A program made the position numbers and the translations under genes. The notes beneath the pieces are model-generated. The model searched no databases. It was not told the DNA's origin and saw nothing but the letters and a program-made list of their open reading frames with translations. From Podarcis tiliguerta (lineage: Eukaryota), in the NCBI GenBank assembly GCA_965153285.1, contig OZ229112.1: a DNA stretch of 64,000 nt, one strand, 5' to 3'. Positions 58,201-64,000 of this stretch are shown in pieces (positions within the stretch are counted from its first letter, which is position 1; each line of letters starts with the position of its first letter).

Positions 58201-59488
58201 ACAAGGGAGAATCCATTTTCAACCCTTTCCCTTGCAGCCCCCACCCCCTCAGCTTTTCACAGTGTTCTGGTGTCTCAAACAACGCTCCAGAGAAGCGATT
58301 CAGGTGGAAAGAAAGTTGGGGAATGTTGCCTTTCCCCTTCTTCCAGCATGGAGTGGAATTGAGTGCTGAGGGTCTCTATATTTTGTTTTCCTTACAGCCA
58401 CCTTGGAGGTGGTGTGCCACTCATCTACTTTTAAAGCAACTATCCCCCCAATCTCAAGAGCATATTTCAGGGCGAAGCGGGAGTATGGAGGAGGTGATGA
58501 AGGCAAAGTCTTGTTGCACAAGCAGAAGCCTGTTCTGCAGGCAGATCAACCTATGGTTCTTTCCAAGGAAGAGAGGGACAGAAAAAGCTTTTTACCCACA
58601 GCTTCAAGCTTTCTAGAACTTTTACATCTTTATCTAGGGCAGGGAACATGAGGCCCTCCACCATCCCATCACTAGTCAGCAGTTTAGGGATAGTGTGTGC
58701 TGCTTGTGTAATGCTTTAATTGGCTCATGGCAGAGAGATGGATTTTATGAAGCATCTAGGCTGAGCTGGTCATGTCACACCCCTCTCTCTGGACCCATTT
58801 TGGGGAGGGAGCCAAGGCATGTAGAAGGAATAACAGGAGCAAACCAAATCCTCATTCTCAGGGAAAGCTAGATCACAAGGGTTGAGAAAAGCCAGCTGGC
58901 TCCTAGCATCACACAGGTTATGCGGCAGATGAGAGACCAGAACACCCCCAAAACAAAAACTCTGCCCACATACCCTGCCTGCTGCTGCAAGATTTCATGT
59001 GCACAAACCATTTTGCCTTAACGGATTCAGTTATTTCTGCCTCCTCAAATTGCTGGCCGAAAACAGAACCAGACTGAACTTTAGGATGCCAACCCACATA
59101 CACATGAATTACGAGCCAGGAAAGAAAGAATAGATTTGTTTTGAAGCAGTCCTTATCAGTTTAAGCCATTCTCCTCCCTTTGCACACCACACCCCAAAAG
59201 TCAACTGCTGCAAAGGGCAGGCGATATAGCTCACCAGCAAGAACATGAAGCTTTCAGGACAAGGAGAGAAACCTTGAACACAGGCACACGCAAGAGAATT
59301 TAATGGGTGGTGTTTCACATTTTAACATCCATATAGCAGACAAACCTCTGGACTTACCTACTGAGAAACTGGCATTGCTTTTTATGTCATATGCACAAAT
59401 GGTACTCGACCCTCCACAGCCTGTGGCACTACCACAGAGGTTTATTTTGTAGTGTACTTTATCTGGATCAACAGCTTCCCACGTATAA
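2286..59488 (-). CDS. IGF2R: IGF2R / cation-independent mannose-6-phosphate receptor, spliced CDS exons 2-48 (5'-partial; exon 1 outside window)
   Basis: Tandem Cys-patterned CIMR repeats, an FnII insert, one TM helix and a tail with YKYTK, WLM and DDSDEDLL motifs. 47 exons with AG/GT ends (one GC donor) sum to 7297 nt = 1 + 2432 codons including the stop. Confidence 0.98.
2990..3243. mobile_element. Tigger/pogo-like (Tc1/mariner) MITE, CpG-rich
   Basis: TA + CAGTTATACCTC ... GAGGTACCACTG terminal inverted repeats; related copy at 24647. Confidence 0.8.
3924..3993 (-). CDS. IGF2R: IGF2R exon 47 (70 nt)
   Basis: [23 protein letters not shown]. Confidence 0.94.
4107..4218. mobile_element. Short hAT-like MITE (related copy ~60642-60770)
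   Basis: GGGGAATCTGTGGCCTTCCAG ... CTGGAGGGCCATAGGTTCCC inverted ends. Confidence 0.55.
4607..4720 (-). mobile_element. Reverse copy of the same tRNA/CR1-tail SINE class
   Basis: ATCATAGAATCAGAGTTGGAAGG..ATCTAGTCCAACC..TGCAATGCAGGAAT. Confidence 0.6.
4892..5044 (-). CDS. IGF2R: IGF2R exon 46 (153 nt; transmembrane helix)
   Basis: [34 protein letters not shown]. Confidence 0.94.
5609..5795 (-). CDS. IGF2R: IGF2R exon 45 (187 nt)
   Basis: [19 protein letters not shown]...[16 protein letters not shown]. Confidence 0.94.
6053..6237 (-). CDS. IGF2R: IGF2R exon 44 (185 nt; ends at GC donor)
   Basis: [22 protein letters not shown]...KAKYHVQ; CAGG|GCAAGT is the nearby donor that keeps phase 1 into exon 45. 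Confidence 0.88.
6622..6768 (-). CDS. IGF2R: IGF2R exon 43 (147 nt)
   Basis: [25 protein letters not shown]...FSLGNIYY. Confidence 0.94.
8830..9055. mobile_element. Degenerate palindromic MITE
   Basis: GAGAGCTGTTAGGAGACCCC pairs with GGGGTCGCCTAACAGCTCTC; outer arms are also complementary. Confidence 0.6.
9279..9396 (-). CDS. IGF2R: IGF2R exon 42 (118 nt)
   Basis: [38 protein letters not shown]. Confidence 0.91.
9924..10249. mobile_element. Tigger-like MITE with internal CCGCTAA(G/T) array
   Basis: TA-CAGTGGTGCCCCGCAAGACGAA ... TTCGTCTTGCGAGGCACCACTG-TA. Confidence 0.88.
10369..10505 (-). CDS. IGF2R: IGF2R exon 41 (137 nt)
   Basis: [45 protein letters not shown] (manual). Confidence 0.93.
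10657..10824. mobile_element. Tc2-like (TcMar) MITE
   Basis: TA-CCGTATTTTTTCGTCTATAAGA ... TCTTATACATGGAAAAATACGG TIRs. Confidence 0.78.
11286..11520 (-). CDS. IGF2R: IGF2R exon 40 (235 nt)
   Basis: [11 protein letters not shown]...[28 protein letters not shown]. Confidence 0.94.
12188..12425 (+). mobile_element. Older Squam3-like SINE
   Basis: CCAGTGTGGTGTAGTTGTTAAGAG head, GTGACCTTGGGCCAGTC core, A-rich tail. Confidence 0.7.
12848..12994 (-). CDS. IGF2R: IGF2R exon 39 (147 nt; fibronectin type II insert of domain 13)
   Basis: [15 protein letters not shown]...[18 protein letters not shown] matches the FnII signature. Confidence 0.95.
13425..13758 (+). mobile_element. L2-type LINE 3' end with (TAT)n tail
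   Basis: Translation contains [12 protein letters not shown] and [10 protein letters not shown], typical of an L2 ORF2 end; followed by a microsatellite tail. Confidence 0.8.
14204..14411 (-). CDS. IGF2R: IGF2R exon 38 (208 nt)
   Basis: NYHLGVCSG...[11 protein letters not shown]...YTGGDECPP. Confidence 0.94.
15376..15537 (-). CDS. IGF2R: IGF2R exon 37 (162 nt)
   Basis: [25 protein letters not shown]...[12 protein letters not shown] (manual). Confidence 0.93.
17233..17382 (-). CDS. IGF2R: IGF2R exon 36 (150 nt)
   Basis: [28 protein letters not shown]...FHCSRGTDL (manual). Confidence 0.93.
18980..19198 (-). CDS. IGF2R: IGF2R exon 35 (219 nt)
   Basis: [22 protein letters not shown]...[10 protein letters not shown]. 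Confidence 0.94.
20329..20600 (-). CDS. IGF2R: IGF2R exon 34 (272 nt; domain 11 CD/FG/HI loops)
   Basis: [20 protein letters not shown]...[16 protein letters not shown]. Confidence 0.93.
21366..21491 (-). CDS. IGF2R: IGF2R exon 33 (126 nt; domain 11 AB loop)
   Basis: [41 protein letters not shown] (manual). Confidence 0.92.
22642..22768 (-). CDS. IGF2R: IGF2R exon 32 (127 nt)
   Basis: [42 protein letters not shown]. Confidence 0.94.
23288..23478 (-). CDS. IGF2R: IGF2R exon 31 (191 nt)
   Basis: [12 protein letters not shown]...[21 protein letters not shown]. Confidence 0.94.
23667..23925. mobile_element. Tc2-like MITE with internal 34-bp-arm palindrome
   Basis: TA-CCATATTTTTTGCTCTATAAGAC ... 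GTCTTATAGAGCGAAAAGTACGG-TA. Confidence 0.82.
24000..24385 (+). mobile_element. Degraded L2-type LINE 3' end with (AAC)n tail
   Basis: GCCTTTTCTGCGATGGCTCCCCATTTGTGGAATGCTCTCCC motif; TGTAAACCACCCTG tail. Confidence 0.65.
24647..24858. mobile_element. Tigger-like MITE related to the 2990-3243 copy, opposite orientation, right end degenerate
   Basis: TA + CAGTGGTACCTCTAG; shares the GCGCATG and GAAGT..ACTTCCGGGT core. Confidence 0.7.
25887..26023 (-). CDS. IGF2R: IGF2R exon 30 (137 nt)
   Basis: [23 protein letters not shown]...YYINVCKSL. Confidence 0.94.
26483..26580 (-). CDS. IGF2R: IGF2R exon 29 (98 nt)
   Basis: [32 protein letters not shown] (manual). Confidence 0.93.
27669..27802 (-). 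CDS. IGF2R: IGF2R exon 28 (134 nt)
   Basis: [34 protein letters not shown]. Confidence 0.93.
28832..29050 (-). CDS. IGF2R: IGF2R exon 27 (219 nt)
   Basis: [18 protein letters not shown]...[17 protein letters not shown]. Confidence 0.94.
29474..29561 (-). CDS. IGF2R: IGF2R exon 26 (88 nt)
   Basis: [29 protein letters not shown] (manual). Confidence 0.93.
29883..29922. repeat. (TGT)n(TGC)n(TGT)n microsatellite
   Basis: Direct reading. Confidence 0.9.
30666..30891. mobile_element. Tigger-like MITE
   Basis: CAGTGGTACCTCAGGTT ... AACCCGAGGTACCACTG-TA; repeated CAGGTTAAGAAC. Confidence 0.85.
31253..31431 (-). CDS. IGF2R: IGF2R exon 25 (179 nt)
   Basis: [16 protein letters not shown]...[13 protein letters not shown]. 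Confidence 0.93.
32488..32631 (-). CDS. IGF2R: IGF2R exon 24 (144 nt)
   Basis: [24 protein letters not shown]...[16 protein letters not shown] (manual). Confidence 0.93.
33700..33870 (-). CDS. IGF2R: IGF2R exon 23 (171 nt)
   Basis: [16 protein letters not shown]...[20 protein letters not shown]. Confidence 0.93.
34757..34922 (-). CDS. IGF2R: IGF2R exon 22 (166 nt)
   Basis: [10 protein letters not shown]...[16 protein letters not shown]; donor CAG|GTAAAG in phase 1. Confidence 0.85.
35053..35154 (-). CDS. IGF2R: IGF2R exon 21 (102 nt)
   Basis: [34 protein letters not shown]. Confidence 0.93.
35344..36088. mobile_element. Tigger-like MITE interrupted by a retro-insertion (35451-35952)
   Basis: TA-CAGTTGTACCTTGGTTCT ... 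AGAACCAAGGTACGACTG-TA; GGAGCTTCTT duplicated at 35441 and 35943. Confidence 0.8.
35530..35780 (-). mobile_element. Squam3-like tRNA-derived SINE
   Basis: Minus strand begins GCCAGTGTGGTGTAGTGGTTAAGAGCGG (A box), has GGTTCGCGTC (B box) and ends in (TCT)n. Confidence 0.8.
36656..36757 (-). CDS. IGF2R: IGF2R exon 20 (102 nt)
   Basis: [34 protein letters not shown] (manual). Confidence 0.92.
37326..37502 (-). CDS. IGF2R: IGF2R exon 19 (177 nt)
   Basis: [22 protein letters not shown]...HLVCSKATL. Confidence 0.92.
38081..38234 (-). CDS. IGF2R: IGF2R exon 18 (154 nt)
   Basis: [44 protein letters not shown]. Confidence 0.9.
38691..38806 (-). CDS. IGF2R: IGF2R exon 17 (116 nt)
   Basis: [38 protein letters not shown] (manual). 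Confidence 0.93.
39382..39559 (-). CDS. IGF2R: IGF2R exon 16 (178 nt)
   Basis: [46 protein letters not shown]. Confidence 0.94.
40189..40469 (-). mobile_element. Sauria SINE (Squam1), tail missing
   Basis: Contains GCTTTCGAACTGCTAGGTTGGCAG and ends GACCACAGTGCCACC; homologous to the 49321 and 59582 copies. Confidence 0.85.
40512..40653 (-). CDS. IGF2R: IGF2R exon 15 (142 nt)
   Basis: [28 protein letters not shown]...SAACQVKK (manual). Confidence 0.92.
41500..41637 (-). CDS. IGF2R: IGF2R exon 14 (138 nt)
   Basis: [31 protein letters not shown]. Confidence 0.94.
41826..42204. mobile_element. hAT-like MITE containing (GA)n(GT)n
   Basis: CAGGCACAGGGAACCTCAGGCC ... CTCAGGCTGAAAATGTAGCCTGTCCCTG degenerate ends. 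Confidence 0.5.
42013..42055. repeat. (GA)n(GT)n compound microsatellite
   Basis: Direct reading. Confidence 0.95.
42297..42443 (-). CDS. IGF2R: IGF2R exon 13 (147 nt)
   Basis: [27 protein letters not shown]...LICKP. Confidence 0.93.
42603..42743 (-). CDS. IGF2R: IGF2R exon 12 (141 nt)
   Basis: [46 protein letters not shown] (manual). Confidence 0.93.
43179..43217. repeat. (CA)n microsatellite
   Basis: Direct reading. Confidence 0.95.
44876..45037 (-). CDS. IGF2R: IGF2R exon 11 (162 nt)
   Basis: [27 protein letters not shown]...[11 protein letters not shown] (read manually, not in ORF track). Confidence 0.92.
46044..46147 (-). CDS. IGF2R: IGF2R exon 10 (104 nt)
   Basis: [34 protein letters not shown]. 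Confidence 0.94.
46440..46574 (+). mobile_element. tRNA-derived SINE with CR1-type tail
   Basis: TAGTTGGTTAGAGC..GGTTCAATCCC head; CTTCCAACTCTAAGATTCTATGA tail. Confidence 0.7.
46666..46840 (-). CDS. IGF2R: IGF2R exon 9 (175 nt)
   Basis: [27 protein letters not shown]...[10 protein letters not shown]. Confidence 0.91.
48342..48504 (-). CDS. IGF2R: IGF2R exon 8 (163 nt)
   Basis: [31 protein letters not shown]. Confidence 0.94.
48604..49132 (+). mobile_element. 5'-truncated L1/Tx1-like LINE (ORF2 C-terminus + 3' UTR)
   Basis: PEAFLLG...[18 protein letters not shown] with internal stops; AATAAA near the end; 13-bp TSD AAAAGGCATATTT at 48591 and 49133. Confidence 0.82.
49321..49651 (+). mobile_element. 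Sauria SINE (Squam1) inserted in an older Squam3-like SINE (~49298-49835)
   Basis: GGGATGCGGGTGGTGCTGTGGGTTAAACC ... CCTTTACCTTT; imperfect TSD TAAGA(A/C)CTGGGAG. Confidence 0.88.
50147..50264 (-). CDS. IGF2R: IGF2R exon 7 (118 nt)
   Basis: LSLRYE...[24 protein letters not shown]. Confidence 0.92.
50355..50596. mobile_element. Tigger-like MITE, same family as 30666
   Basis: TA-CAGTGGTACCTCGGGTTA ... TAACCCGAGGTACCACTG-TA. Confidence 0.88.
50980..51480 (+). mobile_element. Old L2-type remnant
   Basis: GGTGGCCCTCCATATGTGTGGAATTTCCTG motif followed by a T-rich 3' UTR. Confidence 0.45.
51653..51773 (-). CDS. IGF2R: IGF2R exon 6 (121 nt)
   Basis: [26 protein letters not shown]; AG/GT ends; phase 1 to 2. 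Confidence 0.9.
52552..52745 (+). mobile_element. Old tRNA-derived SINE (related fragments at 22290-22445, 2880-2982, 15185-15256, 60440-60545)
   Basis: GTAGTTCAGTAGCAGAAC head; GAGAGCTGCTGCC..CAATACTGAGCT core shared by the 52552 and 22290 copies. Confidence 0.6.
52905..53043 (+). mobile_element. tRNA-Lys(CTT)-derived SINE with CR1-type tail
   Basis: GCTCAGTCGG..AGCATGAGACTCTTAAT..GGTTTGAGCCCCACGTGGGGC, then GGTTGGACTAGA..GGTCCCTTCCAA..ATTCT. Confidence 0.72.
53591..53723 (-). CDS. IGF2R: IGF2R exon 5 (133 nt)
   Basis: [20 protein letters not shown]...YINICRNI; donor AG|GTCTGA. Confidence 0.92.
54446..54544 (-). CDS. IGF2R: IGF2R exon 4 (99 nt)
   Basis: [33 protein letters not shown]; AG/GT ends. 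Confidence 0.94.
55319..55443 (-). CDS. IGF2R: IGF2R exon 3 (125 nt)
   Basis: CAG|GGGATT...CTG|GTCAGT; [10 protein letters not shown]...INFYCGKTL. Confidence 0.93.
57655..58044. mobile_element. Second copy of the same Tigger-like MITE (intron 2)
   Basis: Ends nearly identical to the 9924-10249 copy; TA flanks. Confidence 0.88.
59358..59488 (-). CDS. IGF2R: IGF2R exon 2 (131 nt)
   Basis: TTTCAG|TTATAC...AGTAG|GTAAGT; [19 protein letters not shown]. Confidence 0.93.
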
Positions 59489-59581
59489 CTGAAAAAGAAG
59501 AGTGGGAGGGAGGTACAATGAATATGTGCTGCCAAACTACATGTTTCAACTAAATAAAAAAATCCTTCCAGTAGCACCTTA

Positions 59582-59943
59582 AAGGTAAAGGTAAAGGTAC
59601 CCCTGCCGTTTGGGCCAGTCTTGCCAGACTCTAGGGTTGTGCGCTCATCTCACTCTATAGGCCGGGAGCCAGCGCTGTCCGCAGACACTTCCGGGTCACG
59701 TGGCCAGCGTGACAAGCTGCATCTGGAGAGCCAGTGCAGCACACGGAACGCCGTTTACCTTCCCACTAGTAAGCGGTCCCTATTTATCTACTTGCACCCG
59801 GAGGTGCTTTCGAACTGCTAGGTTGGCAGACTCTGGGACCGAACGACGGGAGCGCACCCCGCCGCGGGGATTCGAACCGCCGACCATGCGATCGGCAAGT
59901 CCTAAGCGCTAAGGCTTTAACCCACAGCGCCACCCGCGTCCCT
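59582..59943 (-). mobile_element. Full-length young Sauria SINE
   Basis: (ACCTTT)n tail, CpG-rich body, TSD AGTAGCACCTTA at 59570-59581 and 59944-59955. Confidence 0.92.
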
Positions 59944-60016
59944 AGTAGCACCTTAGAGACCAACTAAGTTTGTTATTGGTATGAGCTTTCATGTGCATGC
60001 ACACTTCTTCAGATAC
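59944..60016. mobile_element. Penelope-like element terminal fragment (target of the SINE)
   Basis: AGTAGCACCTTAGAGACCAACTAAGTTTG...GTGCATGCACACTTCTTCAGATAC resembles an abundant squamate PLE end; family assignment from memory. Confidence 0.55.
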
Positions 60017-60321
60017 ACGTTTCAGCCCAGGCTACTCATCAGCATCTTAAATCTAGCAAACTTTTTCTTCATATTTAACACACACCCCTCCCCCCAATGA
60101 GCTTTCCAGCACACTGTCAGCAATGCAGGGAGCTGCAACAACGAACATCTTTTTGATAAGGCACACTTCAGATTATATTCTGAAGCAGTTTAACCAAAAT
60201 AAAAATTCATCTTCGCTAAACACATGCAAACCATCTATTGTCACCTCAAAAACATGGAACAAACTAAAAGTTGTGAAGTGCCCTGTGATCTTCAGATGAA
60301 GGGTGGAATACAAATTTATAT

Positions 60322-60325
60322 AATA

Positions 60326-60365
<40 letters not shown>
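60322..60365. repeat. (AAT)n microsatellite
   Basis: Direct reading. Confidence 0.95.
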
Positions 60366-63300
60366 TGGTGAGGATGTATTTTTTTCTGAAATTAGCATTT
60401 AATGCTCAGGAACGTAAGACACTGCCTTCCACAGTGGTCCAGCTAGCTTCAGTATTTCAGTCCTACCTAGAGACACCAGAGATCAAACCTGAGAACTTCT
60501 GCATGCAAAATATATGCTCCACCTACCACCAAGCTACAGCCTCTTTCCCAGAATGTCATAGAAGTTTGGCCATTAGTTCAGTGGGACACTGTTCCAGCTG
60601 CAGTTAATATTTCAATAACAAACTTCTAAGTATCTATGTACCAGGAGTAGCTAAACAGATGTTTGAGGACTAAATTCCCATCATCCCTAAGCATTGGCCA
60701 TGCTGCCTGGGACAGATGGGTGCTGGGAGTGCAACAACATCTGGAGGGCCACAGGCCTCGTACCCACTTACTGGAAAACATCAGACAAAGGATTCAACGT
60801 GTCTTACAGAAGACAAAAGCAAGTTGTTATTGAGAACTGAAGTGGCACTTGACACTTCCATTTTCACATTTGTGTTTATTGAACAACAGGTCCTGTTCCC
60901 CCTGCATGCAAACATATTCACCCTCGGAAGCATATGTATTTCTCCCAGTGCTGCCACCCGTACAATATTCATAGGCGCTCTCATCTCAGGAGCCTTAACT
61001 ATATTGGCCTGACTAACGTTATGGGACCTGCTTCTCCATGGAAAGCCCCCTGCAGCTGAGGTCATGTTCAAAATGACTCAATTAATCAGACAAGAACTTG
61101 GGCCACAGGAGTTTCATTTATGCAATCTGACACGGAATAAACATTCAAAAGAAAAGCCTTTTAAAAAAAGGTTGGTGTTAACAGAGAGAAAAAGCTTTCA
61201 GTTTCCAGTCCCAAATCATGAGACTTCTAGTCAACTGGAATGTATTTGTTATGCCCATGACACAAAGCCAGACAAAGGGAAGTACAGGCTACTTAATGCT
61301 GTAAGCAATTCTACAGTAGTCATGGCCCACTTCTCACCAAGGGAGCCAACCTGACTCAGAGCAGCATTGCTTGTAGGTAGGGCTGGGCATTCGACTGGCC
61401 CAAAACAATTCAGTCAACTGATGGTCAAAGTACTTAAAACAACATCAGTAGAGAATACTTTTAAATCAACAAGTCTGAGACTTGTGCTCATTACAAAAGC
61501 AACTTAAATTGTTAACTGTTTTGGCATGGGCCCACAGATCTTAGCTAGCCCGGGTAGCCAAGCAGGGTCACCAAGTCTGCCAAGGTCTTGTTCCCAGTCT
61601 CACATTGTGACAATGGTCACCATCCTTGGTTCCAAGAAAAGTATTTACCCAGATGCTAGTGAGGCACACAACACTGATATTGGACCAGCTGCACTCCTGA
61701 GCACATTTAATGTGCCTATGCTGAACTTGAACCCACTGAATGGTTTGTGGTCAGGTTATCAGAAGAAGCCCCTTCAATGGTACAAACCTGCCTGCACTCC
61801 GAAATAAACTCCAGAGGTCCTATCTCTAAAAATCAAAGATACTGAAAAGGTTGTTTCGCTGGAGCCTTCCATTTGCAGCCCCACATTTGTGGAAACTCCC
61901 TCCCAGGCACAAGACAAGGTCTTTCAAGTAGCACCCCCCCCCCAAGTTTGTGAACTCTCATCCAAGTGATATACAAAAGGCCCAATCAGTACAAGCTTTT
62001 GAAACTCACCTATTTCAGATTGTTTTTTCTTAACGGTAGAAGGTTTGGCTGCACCCCAAAGGCACACTTCTCCATTGTTTCCCCGAGACAAATGGCTATC
62101 AGCAGCAACAACAAATGGTGCTGATTTTGGAAACCATTTTAAGTTGTTACAGCTAATATATTATAATAGTCTGTTGTTTTAGTTAGACTACTATTTTAAA
62201 TAATTTCAACTGAAATATAGATGGCATTTTATACCCAAAATAAGTTGTCATTTCAGGTAAGATGCCCTGTGAGGGCCTTGCCCAAGCAACAGCCTAGAAA
62301 TGTTTAAATAGATATGTAATGTGGGGCTTTTAGGTGAGGCTACAAAAGATTAATAAATGGGGTGCAGGAGACGAGGGCCTGTGCGGAGGTAAGGGGAGAA
62401 GTTATGGGAAGGCAGAAATGTGAATTAAGTCCAAAAATAGTGCACTAGGCACTGGAACAGACATAGTGATCCCGTATGGAGAACAGTCACTCTCCATCCA
62501 CTCTACCATAAGACCAGCTCTATCAGATTTCTCCTGCCACTGTCATCTCTAGTAGCCATTCCATCAGGCTATAGGACAAGGGGACACATAGAACTGCAAG
62601 GCCTCTGCTCTAACACCAACACATTTTTACTCCTCCTCTCCTTGAACTCTTTCAATTCCTGCTAGTCATTACAATAATTCTGTAACTAACAAATGGTGCC
62701 CGATATTGCTTTTCTGTCCTCCCTCCCAAACTGCATCTACTCCAACAAGGCATCTAACAGTGAGAGATTTTTTCCCCTTAAACTACAGTATTGCAAAGCA
62801 CCACTGAACTGCATGAGGTCAGGGCGTAACTTTCTAAATATTCCCCCTTCAAAAAGCTGCAACCCATCCTAAATGGAAAAATATGGTAGATTGTCCTCCA
62901 TAATTTTGGGTCTGATCTCTCTTCTGGAAATGCAACATTAGTAGTGGCGTAAATCTGCCTATTTGCACTGTGTTGGATTTCAACACATCATGGATAGTTA
63001 AAATTTTTCAGAAGCATATATAGATAAAATTTTAAAATGTGGCTTTACACTAAAGTTTGTATATTGTTCACATCTTGCATTTAAGAAGCAATGTTCTAAA
63101 TATTTCAATATTGCTACCTCAGACAAGAGTATAATTGGAAAAATCCCAAAGACTCCACACTGAAATTTACCAAGGGAGAGCATATTTAAAATGCTGGCAG
63201 GAAAACAAGAAAGAACAGGACATATCCAAACAAAATACCATATAGATTTTTTTTTTTAACCAAGAAAATATAGTCAGTTATGTGGGCAGTTATGAAAGAT

Positions 63301-64000
63301 AATGAAGCTGTAATTGCAAGCTGACACGCAGAAGACTGACTAAGGTGAAGTTAAGTGCTGGTACCAGTGGTGTTGAATTTAGAATATTTATGTATTTTCC
63401 AAGTTTCAACAATTTATTTTGTTGTTGCTGTTTCGTTTTTGGTAAACATCACTTTATTTTTTCCCCCTGAAAACAAATGATACTGATAAAGACACATCAG
63501 TTCGTCACCAAGTCAGTTTTAATCTTGACCCAACCAGGCTTTTTCTTAATTTCTGCTCTCTGCTCAATTGCAAGTCTGCAGGCGCAGGCCAAAATTACCT
63601 GCCATGTTCTACTTTATACAATGGCAAGCTTGGAATTGCTGGCACAGCACAACCCAACAGTTTAATAAATATACACAGAGAGAGAGACCAACCCACTTGC
63701 ATTGGAATGCTACACAGATTCTCTAAAGCAATGAATTGCTTTATGCATTGCAAAAATGAAGCAAAAACCTTTTCAGTAAAATCCTGCAGGTATACAGCTC
63801 ACCTCATTCACACAATGAAACACTGTTTGTGTTTATTCAATGTGGAATGCATTACTGCACACATAAAGAGTGCTTTTCCAACTTAGTCCTGAACAAAATG
63901 TACTCCAAGTATAACCAATTTCTTTTTTGGTTTGAAAATGTATCTACAATTCAACATGGCAGCCTCTCTCCACCTCCACGCAAAAATCAACAAAACAGAA

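Noticed and set aside
127-63665. Numerous short ORFs in the six-frame track as independent genes
   Set aside because: They are IGF2R exons with intronic read-through, antisense shadows, or repeat-derived. None shows an independent protein signature.
59956-64000. IGF2R exon 1 / promoter
   Set aside because: There is no CpG island or signal-peptide exon here. This is intron 1.

Overview
Squamate genomic DNA, probably from a lacertid lizard (inferred from Sauria/Squam1 and Squam3-type SINEs). The window is almost entirely one gene: IGF2R, the cation-independent mannose-6-phosphate/IGF2 receptor, on the minus strand. I traced 47 exons (numbered 2-48 by analogy to the 48-exon human gene), from 59488 down to the TAA stop at 2286-2288. 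They total 7297 nt, and the reading frame stays consistent across every junction provided intron 44 uses a GC donor. Exon 1 and the promoter lie beyond position 64000. The likely poly(A) signal is at 852-857. The introns contain Tigger/pogo-like and Tc2-like MITEs, Sauria and Squam3-like SINEs, other tRNA-derived SINEs, L1, L2, CR1 and Penelope fragments, and microsatellites. I found no convincing new multi-gene system. The best leads are: a non-mammalian IGF2-binding surface in domain 11; a CpG-rich MITE in the last intron carrying ETS, NRF1 and CRE motifs (a candidate internal or antisense promoter); inverted Sauria SINE pairs bracketing exon blocks 2-7 and 8-15 (a circRNA and editing hypothesis); a 77-nt MITE-derived hairpin; the GC-AG intron; and nested insertions. 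Human residue numbers and exon sizes are recalled from memory, not looked up.
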